Shown here: positions 35,770-49,518 of the stretch, piece after piece
Layout of the letters: each line of letters opens with the position of its first letter
Position numbering within the stretch: position 1 is the stretch's first letter
From: Mytilus californianus
Taxonomy: Eukaryota
Length of the DNA stretch: 64,000 nucleotides
Assembly: GCF_021869535.1 (NCBI RefSeq)
Contig: NW_026262701.1
Location: forward strand, 110,484,001-110,548,000
Direction: 5' to 3'
Made by a program: the position numbers and the translations under genes
The notes under the pieces: generated by a model
The model's database searches: none
What the model saw: the letters and a program-made list of their open reading frames with translations, nothing else
What the model was told of the DNA's origin: nothing

Positions 35770-38700
35770 CCAAATACACCGTATTGTGTGTAGATAGTTT
35801 GTTACAGATGGTATTATACATATGGTGCTTCTACTAATTATTGTAGATAATAAGTTAGATGGTATTATACATTTGCCGATACTATAGATTGTGTAGATAG
35901 TTGGTTTCGGATGATATACACGAGTCGATACCACTGATTATGAGTAGATAGTTGGTTACAGATGATATACATGTGTTGATACCGCTGGTTGTGTGTAGAT
36001 AGCTAGTTACATATGATATTATATACGTGTCGATACCACTGATTGTGTGTAGATAGTTGGTTCAGATTATATCATACACGTGTCGATACCACTGATTGCG
36101 GGTATAGAGGTGGGTATAGATGATATCTTAGACGTGTCGATACCACTGATTATGAGTAGATAGTTGGTTACAGATGATAAACATGTGTTGAAACCACTGA
36201 TTGTGTGTAGATAGTTTGTTACAGATGATATAGATGTGTTGATACCACGGATTATGAGTAGATAGTTGGTTGCAAATGATATGCATGTGTTGATACCATC
36301 GATTGTGTGTAGATATAGTTGGTTACAGATGATATCATACATGTTTCGATGCCACTGATTGTGTGTAGATAGTTTGTTATAGATGATATCATACATGTTT
36401 CGATACCACTGATAGTGAGTAGATAGTTGGTTACAGATGATATCATACATATTTCGATGCCACTGATAGTGAGTAGATAGTTTGTTACAGATGTATACAT
36501 GTGTTGATACCACCGATTGTGTGTAGATAGTTTGTTACAGATGATATCATACATGTTTCGATGCCACTGATTGTGTGTAGATAGTTTGTTACAGATGATA
36601 TACATGCGTTGAAACCACTGATTGTGTGTAGATAGTTTGTTACAGATGATATATACATGTGTTGATACCACGGATTATGAGTAGATAGTTGGTTACAGAT
36701 GATATCATACACATTACCGATACCACCGATTGTGTTTGGATAGTTGGTTACAGATGATATCAGACATGTTTCGATGCCAGTGATTGTGTGAAGATAGTTT
36801 GTTACAGATGATATCACACACGTTTCGATGCCACTGAGTGTGTGTAGATAGTTTGTTACAAATGATATCACACATGTTTCGATGCCACTTATTGTGTTTA
36901 GATAGTTGGTTACAGATGATATCACAAATGTTTCGATGCCACTGATTTTGTGCATATAGTTAGTTAGGTGATATCATACATTTTTCGATGCCACTGATTG
37001 TGTGTAGATAGTTTGTTACAGATGATATCACATATGTTTCGATGCCACTGATTGTGTTTAGATAGTTGGTTACAGATGATATCACATGTTTCGATGCTAC
37101 TGATTTTGTGTAGATAGTTAGTTAGATGATATCACACATGTTTCGATGCCACTGATTGTGTTTGGATAGTTGGTTACAGACGATATCACACGTTTCGATG
37201 CCACTGATTGTGTTTGGATAGTTGGTTACAGACGACATCACACATGTTTCGATACCACTGATTGTGTGTAGATGGTTTGTTACAGACGATATCACACATG
37301 TTTCGATGCCAGTGATTGTGTGTAGATAGTTGATTACAGATGATATCACACACGTTTCGATACCACTGATAGTGAGTAGATAGTTGGTTACAGATGATAT
37401 CATACATATTTCGATGCCACTGATAGTGAGTAGATAGTTTGTCACAGATATCACACGTTTCGATGCCACTGATTGTGTGTAGATAGTTAGTTAGATGATA
37501 TCACACATGTTTCGATGCCACTGATTGTCTGTAGATAGTTTGTTACAGATATCACACATATGTTTCGATGCCACTGATTATGTATAGATAGTTTGTTACA
37601 GATGATATCACACATGTTTAGATACCACTGATTGTGTGTAGATAGTTTGTTACAGATGATATCACACGTTTCGATACCACTGATTGTGTGTAGATAGTTT
37701 GTTACAGATATCACACATATGTTTCGATGCCACTGATTATGTATAGATAGTTTGTTACAGATATCACACATATGTTTCGATGCCACTGATTATGTATAGA
37801 TAGTTTGTTACCGATGATATCACATATGTTTCGATACCACTGATCGTGTGTAGATAGTTTGTTACAGATGATATACATGTTTCGATACCACTGATAGTGA
37901 GTAGATAGTTGGTTACAGATGATATCATACATATTTCGATGCCACTGATAGTGAGTAGATAGTTTGTTACAGATGTATACATGTGTTGATACCACCGATT
38001 GTGTGTAGATAGTTTGTTACAGATGATATCATACATGTTTCGATGCCACTGATTGTGTGTAGATAGTTTGTTACAGATGATATACATGCGTTGAAACCAC
38101 TGATTGTGTGTAAATAGTTTGTTACAGATGATATATACATGTGTTGATACCACGGATTATGAGTAGATAGTTGGTTACAGATGATATCATACACATTACC
38201 GATACCACCGATTGTGTTTGGATAGTTGGTTACAGATGATATCAGACATGTTTCGATGCCAGTGATTGTGTGAAGATAGTTTGTTACAGATGATATCACA
38301 CACGTTTCGATGCCACTGAGTGTGTGTAGATAGTTTGTTACAAATGATATCACACATGTTTCGATGCCACTTATTGTGTTTAGATAGTTGGTTACAGATG
38401 ATATCACAAATGTTTCGATGCCACTGATTTTGTGCATATAGTTAGTTAGGTGATATCATACATTTTTCGATGCCACTGATTGTGTGTAGATAGTTTGTTA
38501 CAGATGATATCACATATGTTTCGATGCTACTGATTGTGTTCAGATAGTTGGTTACAGATGATATCACAAATGTTTCGATGCCACTGATTTTGTGCATATA
38601 GTTAGTTAGGTGATATCATACATTTTTCGATGCCACTGATTGTGTGTAGATGGTTTGTTACAGATGATATCACATATGTTTCGATGCCACTGATTGTGTT

Positions 38701-40925
38701 CAGATAGTTGGTTACAGATGATATCACATGTTTCGATGCTACTGATTTTGTGTAGATAGTTAGTTAGATGATATCACACATGTTTCGATGACACTGATTG
38801 TGTTTGGATAGTTGGTTACAGACGACATCACACATGTTTCGATACCACTGATTGTGTGTAGATGGTTTGTTACAGACGATATCACACATGTTTCGATGCC
38901 AGTGATTGTGAGTAGATAGTTGGTTACAGATGATATCACACACGTTTCGATACCACTGATTGTGTGTAGATAGTTTGTTACAGATATCACACATGTTTCG
39001 ATGCCAGTGATTGTGTGTAGATAGTTTTTTACAGATGATATCATACATGTTTCGATACCACTGATAGTGAGTAGATAGTTGGTTACAGATGATATTATAC
39101 ATATTTCGATGCCACTGATAGTGAGTAGATACTTTGTTACAGGTGTATACATGTGTTGATACCACCGATTGTGTGTAGATAGTTTGTTACAGATGATATC
39201 ATACATGTTTCGATGCCACTGATTGTGTGTAGATAGTTTGTTACAGATGATATACATGCGTTGAAACCACTGATTGTGTGTAGATAGTTTGTTACAGATG
39301 ATATATACATGTGTTGATACCACGGATTATGAGTAGATAGTTGGTTACAGATGATATCATACACATTACCGATACCACCGATTGTGTTTGGATAGTTGGT
39401 TACAGATGATATCAGACATGTTTCGATGCCAGTGATTGTGTGAAGATAGTTTGTTACAGATGATATCACACACGTTTCGATGCCACTGAGTGTGTGTAGA
39501 TAGTTTGTTACAAATGATATCACACATGTTTCGATGCCACTTATTGTGTTTAGATAGTTGGTTACAGATGATATCACAAATGTTTCGATGCCACTGATTT
39601 TGTGCATATAGTTAGTTAGGTGATATCATACATTTTTCGATGCCACTGATTGTGTGTAGATAGTTTGTTACAGATGATATCACATATGTTTCGATGCCAC
39701 TGATTGTGTTTAGATAGTTGGTTACAGATGATATCACATGTTTCGATGCTACTGATTTTGTGTAGATAGTTAGTTAGATGATATCACACATGTTTCGATG
39801 CCACTGACTGTGTTTGGATAGTTGGTTACAGACGATATCACACGTTTCGATGCCACTGATTGTGTTTGGATAGTTGGTTACAGACGACATCACACATGTT
39901 TCGATACCACTGATTGTGTGTAGATGGTTTGTTACAGACGATATCACACATGTTTCGATGCCAGTGATTGTGTGTAGATAGTTGATTACAGATGATATCA
40001 CACACGTTTCGATACCACTGATAGTGAGTAGATAGTTGGTTACAGATGATATCATACATATTTCGATGCCACTGATAGTGAGTAGATAGTTTGTCACAGA
40101 TATCACACGTTTCGATGCCACTGATTGTGTGTAGATAGTTAGTTAGATTATATCACACATGTTTCGATGCCACTGATTGTCTGTAGATAGTTTGTTACAG
40201 ATATCACACATATGTTTCGATGCCACTGATTATGTATAGATAGTTTGTTACAGATGATATCACACATGTTTAGATACCACTGATTGTGTGTAGATAGTTT
40301 GTTACAGATGATATCACATGTTTCGATACCACTGATTGTGTGTAGATAGTTTGTTACAGATATCACACATATGTTTCGATGCCACTGATTATGTATAGAT
40401 AGTTTGTTACAGATATCACACATATGTTTCGATGCCACTGATTATGTATAGATAGTTTGTTACCGATGATATCACATATGTTTCGATACCACTGATCGTG
40501 TGTAGATAGTTTGTTACAGATGATATACATGTGTTGATACCACTGATTGTGTGCAGATAGTTTGTTACAGATGATATCATACATGTGTTGATACCACGGA
40601 TTGTGTGAAGATAGTTGGTACCATACATATAGTGCTTTTACTGATTATTGTAGATAATTAGTTAGATTGTATTATACATTTGTCGATACCACTGATTGTG
40701 TGTAGATAGTTTGTTACAGATGGTACCATACACGTGTTGATACCACGGATTTTAGGTAGAAACATGGTATTGTATATGTGTCGATACTACTGATTGTGTG
40801 TAGGAAGTTGATTACAGATAGAATCATGTGTTGCTTCCACTGATTATTGTATATAGTTGGTACCCGATGGTGTCATACATGTGTTGATTCCAGTGCAGCT
40901 ATGTAGATAGATGGTAACAGATTGT
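35770..40925. repeat. About 5.1-kb minisatellite of 50-54-bp units with internal block duplications
   Basis: Consensus gatgatatcacacatgtttcgatgccactgattgtgtgtagatagtttgttaca; identical 156-aa pseudo-ORFs recur at 36485, 37967 and 39137. Confidence 0.95.
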
Positions 40926-43030
40926 ATATATAATCATTTAAAGTTTTTGATTAAAGATTTAAGTTGACTTTTTTGTTTGTGAAATATTCAACTTTACTTT
41001 TATAGTGCAGTCTCCTCAAGTTAAAATAGGTGATTTTTTACATTTTATTCTGGAAGTTAGGTAAGGTTCTTTTTACTTTTAATATTCCTATATTTTTGTA
41101 TTGGTCAGCATATCTGATTTAAAGACACATTCAGCTCAAACTATCCTTTGGTTTCTGATTTGGTCCTTGGTGTTTTCCCCTATTGAAAGTTATTTTTGAA
41201 ATAAAAATAAATGTTTATGCTATGTATATTTTATTTGATGGATGGATAAATGGCTGTTTAACGTCCAGTGGCAAATTAAATGCATATTCAGGACAAGAAA
41301 ATGGTAATTGATATGAATAAACCCCTGCTTTCAATGTACTAGACCCACACGCTGAGCCAGATTTTTAGCATGCTAACAGTCAGCACGAAGACATGTCATC
41401 CTAACAAGACAAATAATTCTGAATCCAAACCCAAGCATGTTTGTTCTTACTCCTAAATGATGCATGCTTAGTTGAGAAGGAGTAAATATCAATGTTTGAC
41501 CCAGCTGGGGTTAGAAACCCATGACCTACATATGATCACAGAGGCAGTTTATTTTATTTGATGTTATGACAATCTTTAAATGGAGCAATAATGAAAACAA
41601 CTACTTTCACTTTTATATTAACTTCATCAAACAAAACAAAACAATACAACGATCTTGGAAACATAAATAACATACAAGGAATAATCAATTTTATCTATAT
41701 AACCAATATTAAGATCATGCTTGTCCTACCTTTTTTGCATATTTCACAAAGAAGTAATTTTGGTCCACCTTCTTTTATCTTAAATCCAGATGGACAGAAA
41801 CTTTTTCAATCTTCCAGTGTTTTTATTCGTTGAATATTTAGGGAAATTTAAAAAAAAATAAAACATAAATAGAAGTCTTGGAAACAAGACTATATTCATC
41901 TTTCAAATGTTTAAAGCTTTATCTGACTAACTATCATATTTCACTTCAACACCGAAAAACGAAATTGGAAGTCAAAACAATTTATGGTCAAATTAATTAC
42001 ATGTATAATTATAGAGATTATAATGCCCTAATAAATTAATACATGTAGAATCAAAATTGGATAATGCTAAATGGAAACAAAAATTAATTTATCTTATAAA
42101 AATATTCAATGAGTATTTTGTAAAACATCATACACTGCTTACTAAAACGACAGACATTTCAAAAATTCAAATTTACCGCTACCACTGTAAAAATTGATAA
42201 AAAAAACCTATTAAACTAACACAATAAAAATTTGAACAAAATCATGTAAAATAAACAAATGAAGAATGTCATTGGGCATACTTTACAGTGGCAGGGGCAG
42301 ATAAATGCACTTCTTAATTCACCTTTCAGAATTCAACACATTTTTTTCACCATGTTGCTTATAATAGCCATCTGAAATACACGGACATTGGTTGAATATA
42401 TGGCTTTCTATCACCATTAATTGCATTATTTCACTATAATTTTCAAAGTTTGACTTCTAATCTTGAAGATTAAATTGCATTAACCCATTAACATGAAAAC
42501 TTACTTAAAGGTCTTTCAACTAAAAACATTTTGAAGAAGAAAAAAAAGTGAAATTATCCCCTCTTTGTTCGAAAATTTTATTTTTCCAGAAAAGGATTGA
42601 TATTTGTCTATATTTCGACATTTATTTAGTTTGGCATTTTTACAGAAAACAATATAACTTATCCTTTATTATCTTAGAAGAAAATTATTTGAAAGAACTA
42701 ACATAAAAAAAGATAAATGCTTTTAAACATTTTCTCACACATTATGATTCAAATAACAGAAACTCAGATCTGTGCCAACTTGCAGGATTTATTGGGGATT
42801 TCCCCCATGTAAGGTGTTGACATGAATTTTGAAATTCTTTATCGTACAAACTGAAAACATCAAAACAGGCATTTAAATGAGTTAAAAGAGAGTTTGAGCA
42901 CATACATACTTATTCAAACAATATAGTAGTAAATTAATGTATTTTAGCAGTTATCAAAACTTTATGGTCACGCCAAAAAAAAATCTGTTTCTTGCCTCCC
43001 TAAGGTAACTACTTTAAATTTTCATGCATA

Positions 43031-43187
43031 CAGAGGCGGATTTAGGGGGCCCAGGGTGCCCTGCCCCCCTTTCATGGGAAAAATTTCGTGGTTGATAAAT
43101 AAGGGAATCACTGAAGCGTGACTAAGCGGGTCCCCTCTTATGGCAGTCAGTGGGCCCCCCTTATGAAAATTTCTGGATCTGCCATTG
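43031..43187. mobile_element. MITE with CAG(A/T)GGC(G/A)GAT-type ends (hAT-like)
   Basis: CAGAGGCGGATTTAG ... CTGGATCTGCCATTG imperfect TIRs; GCATA on both flanks. Confidence 0.6.
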
Positions 43188-43320
43188 GCATACACAACTT
43201 ATTTATGGAAATAATTGTTTAAGCACCATTCAGTAGAAACATTTTTGTTTAAGCACCATTAAAGTCCAGAACATTTCCCTATGAAATTTATGAAAAATAT
43301 ATGTGAAGTTTGCGAGTTAA

Positions 43321-43930
43321 GGTGGATGGGGGGTCTTAATTAAAATCCATAGAATTTTTTAATAATTTGTCAAAATGTAGTTTTTATCATGCTTTTTTCC
43401 AAAATATAATAAAAAGTATGGGTCACCGGACTTTTTTTCACGCTACAGGTTCTGCAAAATTGTCAAATTTTGTATAGATGATGCATGGAAATCCAATTTT
43501 GTGTGATAAAAAGAAAACTACACCATAGAATTTTAAGATAAGATGTGATAAGATAGATCTTATAATATGCTTTCAAATCAGAAAAGAAAAAATGGGGTCA
43601 CCGGACTTGTTTTCTTGCAACATATTAAAATAGGTAAATTCACAACACTTTCTATTATAAAAATTACTTTTTCTGAGTTATCTCCCCTACTATCGGAGTT
43701 ACCTCCCCTTATGTGGCAAAATTGTAAAAAAATGAATCAAACAAAAACATTCTGTTTTTTAGAAAATACAGTCGTAAATATGATAAAACACATAATTTTC
43801 TATATTAACATGAAAAGTCTTACACATGAATTACATACAACTCTCAAAATTTGCACATTTCATTAAAGATCTAGACCAATTGTCATCTGCTACTTCAAAA
43901 TCCAAGATGGAGGAAGACACCCCAGCCACC
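43321..43930. mobile_element. Non-autonomous TIR element, TTAA-type target (Kolobok-like)
   Basis: GGTGGATGGGGGGTCTT vs GGTGGCTGGGGTGTCTT (15/17); flanks TTAA and TTTA. Confidence 0.65.
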
Positions 43931-46326
43931 TTTACATTCCTGGAACCATAGGATTCCATTCATGTGTATCCTCATTAATATATATCACAGTGAAATCAAC
44001 ATAGTGTTTTAAAAGGCTACGTAAGTAGTTTCAGAACATGCTATATCAAAGTTTAAACCAAATGAAAATATTCTAACTGACTAATCACATTCAGGTTTTT
44101 GTAATTTAAATGTAAATTATATAAGAATTATTGATTAATTCTTCGCTTTATGATAGTTTGCACATCTTTATATAACAATAAACAAAGGAAAATCTTAGAC
44201 AGCAGCAACATAAATGTTAAGTATTGTTGTGACTATTTTATATGGAAAAGCTTCAGAATCTGGCAAGTCATATGAAACGAGTTTCTTGTAATTTTAATGT
44301 TTATCGAAATTATTAAACAAATGCATTCTTATATGCTAAACTAGTTTGTTGCCGAAGTTTACCGGATCGTGACACTGATAATCAATCAACACAGAGCATG
44401 TGGAGCCCTTGACAAATAAGTGAATAGACCCATATTATTTTTTTAATATTTTCCATACGTTCTCATTTGCTGAATTAAACTTTTCCTTAACAGTTGTTAA
44501 ATGATTTGTTGTATTAAATTTGTTCTTTGAGAATCAGTCATTACGATTTACCTACCAGTGCATGTTTGTTTACATTCTTTAATCACAGTTTTCCCCTTGC
44601 ACTTGCACTGTGCGGTGGCTGAAATTCTAATGAGAGGTCTCATAGTTAAGGTCACTGCATACAGGAAAAGATCAGTGAATTACCCGGTAGGTGTACGGGA
44701 AGGCAATAATTCAATAGCAGTACATTTATGAAGATTTTGATAATATAAAGGATTTTCTTTTACAAGAAAGTTTACGTAAACTTGTTTTATAGTAAAATTT
44801 AGCCATTCAAGTTAGTATATAATACAATTTCAACTTTATTTTTATTAGAAGTTTCATATGACTTTAAAATAGTAAAAGTAGCATGGTTAAACTTGGATCG
44901 AGTATAGTACAATAGTGCAACTGTAGGTATTGTCATACACTGACATTAAAAGTAATCAGTTGATTTGCTGAGCTCATCAAACATGTCAAATGACTTTTCA
45001 TCAATTGCAAATGAACTTTTTTGTCACAGGCACATTTTAAATAAAATTTGGATTTTCAAATGTTTTGCATCACTAAAGAGACATTTTATGTTGAAATGTG
45101 CATCTGGTGCATCTGGTGTGGTAAAATTGGTACTGTTTGCTACTATAAGCATACAGTACACTGTAATCATTTTCCCTTAAATTTAACAAGTTTTGAAACA
45201 ATAACAAAATTTAACATTTATATTACATTAAACATATGTTATAATTGTTAAATACATTACTGTGAAATATTGGAAAATTGTCAATATAGAATGCTCATTT
45301 ATCAGAAAACTACTCAAAATCCTGAATAAGATATAGTAATAAATAAAAAACAGCTTGAATTCTTCCTGAAACATTTATAGCTAGTGAAAACTATCTTCAC
45401 TGTTGAACATTTGTTCTGCTTTAAACTATTCTGTCAGACAACTTTTTAAATCTCCTGAGCCTTTTAACTTACATTGTAGATATAACTGCAAAAACATTGG
45501 ATAAGAAATTGATCATTTATATATATGTACCATTATTCCAAAAAGGCTGTTCTTATTCCTCCATTTATTTTTAAATTACATGTAATTAATTGTTTTGAAA
45601 CTTCAAAAATGTTTGGTATATAAAATTGAATATTAAGTACATAAAAGCTGTGCTGACAGGAGTAAAAGACAAGATAATATCAGTCTTGTCTTAGTGAGAG
45701 ATTGTATTATTGGTCCTCTGTCTTGTGGATATGTAAAAATAATATAAACTAACACTGTTCTAACCAATATGCCATAGGAAATATATGTGCAGTTTCATAA
45801 CTATTACTATAGTTCAGTTTCTTATCCTAATTAAAAAAAAGAGAAAACGTTAACTTCCCCTTACATGTAGTACATAAATGACAAATATACAGTAGAAGAC
45901 TATGGACTATTACAAGCAGTTACATATCGTATATATATCATTACATGTATCTATTGCATATATGGTACATGAAGTTGTAGTGCACTTGTATACATCATTA
46001 CATGTATAAACTATACCTACATGTACATGTACCGGTATATCATTTAAATATTTTCTTAATTGTTTTGTTGTTGATGAGACTTTTCTTGACATTATGCACA
46101 TAAGACAAACAGCTCATTATCCTTGCCACTTCACTGAGCATGGGAATAACTCTGATGTACATTTTTGTAACTCCTTGCTTTAATTTGAGGAGAGGGGGGT
46201 GAAAAATATAAAAAGTAATGAAACCGTTAGTACATTAAGGCAGTCTTTAGTACCTAATGGCACTGTCCATCTTGTACTTAAATTCTTTCGATTCAAATGA
46301 TTTTCCCATTTATCAAAAGCTATATA

Positions 46327-47241
46327 CAGTACACACAGAGAGTACTGATTCTCATACTCCAAACACTGTGTAAAAACTTGGTGTCACACCAAGAAACTCC
46401 AGCAACTCTCTCCAAATCTTTGGAGGAAATTGGGAGAAACTTGGAGTAATTCCTCCCTAAAACTCCTTAATTGTTTATTACCTTGGTGTCTTTCCTCCCA
46501 ACACCATGATTTTTATTGCTATAATTACCTTTGAAGTGTGCCAGTAGTTGTTGACTTCAATAAACATTTCTTAAGTTTCCTGTCATTAAATGGCAGTCAC
46601 ATTGAAATGATTTGTAAAATTTGAAGTACATCAAATTTATATAGAAAATATTAAAATGTCACATGTTTATATAAGATGATTATAATTATTGGAATTTAAG
46701 ACATGTTTTACTGAATTTATTCAATCTTTCTTTTAGATTTAAATGTAAACTAATGGAGGAATTCTAAAATTTCAATTTTTTTTCAGACATTTATATTTGT
46801 TTTTATCATTAAATATTTTTTATAACCTGACTACAAATAAAACTAGTCATTCTTGATAATGTACAAATGATGTAAGAAAGTTAATAATTTTCCAATCTTA
46901 TAAGATAAACAAAAACAAATATCAATACATATTTTATATAAATTTTAAAATTTCATTTCATTACCTTTTAAATTATTTCAGAAATAAAACTTAAAGATAT
47001 ATTTCAATAGGATGAAGTAATTAGAATAGTTGACCTGTAATTACCTGTCAATGTCAGACCATAGTCATGCTTTGTTGATTTTTATTACTTTTACCTGCAA
47101 TCAACAAGTCATAAAATCCTCCCAGATGGGAGTAATTACTTGGAGTTTTTTGGGAGAGAAATCTGTGTTTCACAGTGTGACACTGTGTTACACCAGAATC
47201 AGTGTTGGGAGTATGAGAATATGTCCTCTCTGTGTGTACTG
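46327..47241. mobile_element. Non-autonomous Tc1/mariner-like element
   Basis: Perfect 16-bp TIR CAGTACACACAGAGAG extending imperfectly inward; TA on both flanks. Confidence 0.7.
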
Positions 47242-48003
47242 TATATATATAATATATATATATACAATGTACATGCATGAATATACAAGAAATATAAAGA
47301 AAAAGAGGGTTTCTTAACCAAAACTTCCATTCATATTTTCATATTAAAATAAATCTGGACTATATAAAAACATATATTATAAGGAGTTGTACACTTTGCA
47401 ATGCTTTGTGGCTTACAAAAAATTATTACAATTGTAAAGCCTTAGTCATATTAATGATTACCATGATCATGTATTATGATGATCATGATGGCCATAAATC
47501 ATTCTTTGAAACTTATCTACATTGTAAAATAAAGGAAATACATGCAAATTTGTGTATGTTACATGTAGGTACACTGTACACATGTGCATGAACATCATAC
47601 ATTGTATGCATTCAAAAATATCTAAAAAATATTTGAAACCATATACATGTATGCCCAATTCTAGCAACCACGAAAACAGCCCTGTGATAAACATCAGCAT
47701 GTTCAAATGAAAAGCTTGTACATCATGAAATTTTTTCAAAAATGTTTAATTTCTTATCAAAAATTAGTAGTGTACAATTTACTTGGTCTAACACTGTCAC
47801 ACCAAACAATGTTTAACAGTCCAGTTAAATGGGAAAAAAACATTTAAAAAAACCCATCTCAATTTAATTAGGGGAACTATTTTTTTTTTACATTCATACA
47901 TGTAGTTAGGTCTCAAATTTATCCTCAACTGATTTTGTTCTTTAACAATCGAAAGCTAGTGCCACAAATAAACTACTGATCTTTTAAACTTATCATTCAC
48001 ACC

Positions 48004-49518
48004 TCAATCTATACAATCTATATCACGTTCAGCTTCTACATAGAAATTTTTCACATAATCTGTGTCAAAGAAAACTACAATTATAGAAATATCATCACGA
48101 TAGCTTCTTGCAATATCATCATGCAAAGACAACATAGTCGACAGTCTTCCATGTTCTGGACCCAGAGCATTTCTCATCAAGTGTGTCGCAACATTGTCAT
48201 CAGTTGGCACATTAGACAGATGAGATTTTCTTTGTCTGAGACGTTGATTGATTTCTTTTATAGTGCGACCCTTAATATCAAAATTTGGATCCACCAGTAC
48301 CTGTTTTCCTTCCATATGTCCTGCTACCAGTTTGACAACTTTTTCAGGCGGAATCATGTCATACAGACCATCTGATGCAATAACTAAAAATTTATCTTTA
48401 GGAGTTAATTTACGGTGAATGATTTCTGGCTCTGCTGTCAGGTAAGGTGGTGTTATGTAATGTTCATGCATCAAAACTTCACTGTATACATTGAAATTAG
48501 GGTGCTGCTTGAAAAGTTTCAGATATTGATTACGTTCCTTAACAGACCACTTATACATCATGTCTCCAAATGCCCTTAATGGTGCTAAACTGCCAAAGAG
48601 ACGACCCCCTTTGATCACATGGGAAGATTCATTGGGATGGCTGTTTAAAACTCTTCTCACTTCTTTTGAGTTGTAACCTGTGTGTGCATGTGACATTTCT
48701 ACTGTATTCCAATGGTCCTTATCAACTTCAACTCCTAAAACTGCTTTACAGTCACCGGTGTTAGCAACATACAAATCTATATCATCAACCAATGCAATAC
48801 AAGCACAAGACCCTGACAAACCATTTTCTAAAGCTTGATCATTTATGCTTAAGTCATGACCTACTGGCAAGCATTCTGACATGATGTCATGATCAAGACG
48901 GAGAAAAGCATGCCGCAAATGTTCTTCTACTGAGCATTCTTCAAAGTTTGCTAATGTTTCTTTGGCAAATTTAGCCAAGTTATCCTTGTATATTTGATCA
49001 AGCTCATGATTGAAGTACTGTGACTGATAAGGATACCAGTCTACAAGTTTGTCATGTCCATGGTTTTCACATGCAATGTCTTTCAAAATGTCTTGTGTTG
49101 ACATTGAGACTGAAATATAGTTAAATAAACGTTCACTGAGAGCTTGAGAACATGAACTACCACCATGTCCATCATAAACTCCGAAAATGTACTTGTTTTT
49201 TTCTCCATGAGTCAACTTTGCTACCGTGTCACGATCTTCTATCGGTTTATTTGCTGGTAATTTATTCACTTCAAAGTTTTTAATAGGGCCATCTGCATCC
49301 ACTGAAACTTCGTTTATTTTCAATATCGATGAGACTTGTTTTCGAGTCAACAATGCGACGTCTGAATTACTTAAATACCCATGCTTCTGTTTAAATTTTA
49401 AGAAAAATCTTCTAACGCTTTCAATTTGTCCTTTCGTATGAACTTGTTCAAAGTTTTGTGGGAAGACTTTTTTCTTTAAGCCTATGTCAATCCTCTTCAA
49501 AGGAAAAGTTCTTAGCAT
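48004..49518 (-). CDS. PDP1: Mitochondrial pyruvate dehydrogenase phosphatase catalytic subunit (PP2C/PPM family), single coding exon, 504 aa
   Basis: PP2C motifs FGVYDGHGG, YVANTGDCKAVLG, GGRLFGSLAPLRAFGD, YLTAEPEI, DKFLVIASDGLYD and RDDISIIVV; PDP-type NKLPANKPIEDR; basic N-terminal presequence. First ATG at 49518 (the ORF track starts at an upstream GTG). Co-ortholog of vertebrate PDP1/PDP2. Confidence 0.95.
   Translation of the reverse strand: MLRTFPLKRIDIGLKKKVFPQNFEQVHTKGQIESVRRFFLKFKQKHGYLSNSDVALLTRKQVSSILKINEVSVDADGPIKNFEVNKLPANKPIEDRDTVAKLTHGEKNKYIFGVYDGHGGSSCSQALSERLFNYISVSMSTQDILKDIACENHGHDKLVDWYPYQSQYFNHELDQIYKDNLAKFAKETLANFEECSVEEHLRHAFLRLDHDIMSECLPVGHDLSINDQALENGLSGSCACIALVDDIDLYVANTGDCKAVLGVEVDKDHWNTVEMSHAHTGYNSKEVRRVLNSHPNESSHVIKGGRLFGSLAPLRAFGDMMYKWSVKERNQYLKLFKQHPNFNVYSEVLMHEHYITPPYLTAEPEIIHRKLTPKDKFLVIASDGLYDMIPPEKVVKLVAGHMEGKQVLVDPNFDIKGRTIKEINQRLRQRKSHLSNVPTDDNVATHLMRNALGPEHGRLSTMLSLHDDIARSYRDDISIIVVFFDTDYVKNFYVEAERDIDCID

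Noticed and set aside
35770-40925. CRISPR array or repeat-protein gene
   Set aside because: Units are contiguous, with no unique spacers and no cas genes, in a eukaryotic context. Frequent 1-4-bp unit indels break all frames, so the many ORFs are by-products.
46095-46165. Second H/ACA-like hairpin ending in gtACAttt
   Set aside because: Only one convincing hairpin, with no credible 5' hairpin; too weak to report.
48004-49518. PDP as a processed retrocopy because its CDS lacks introns
   Set aside because: Vertebrate PDP1/PDP2 also have essentially single-exon CDSs; the ORF is intact, with no poly(A) remnant or TSD visible.
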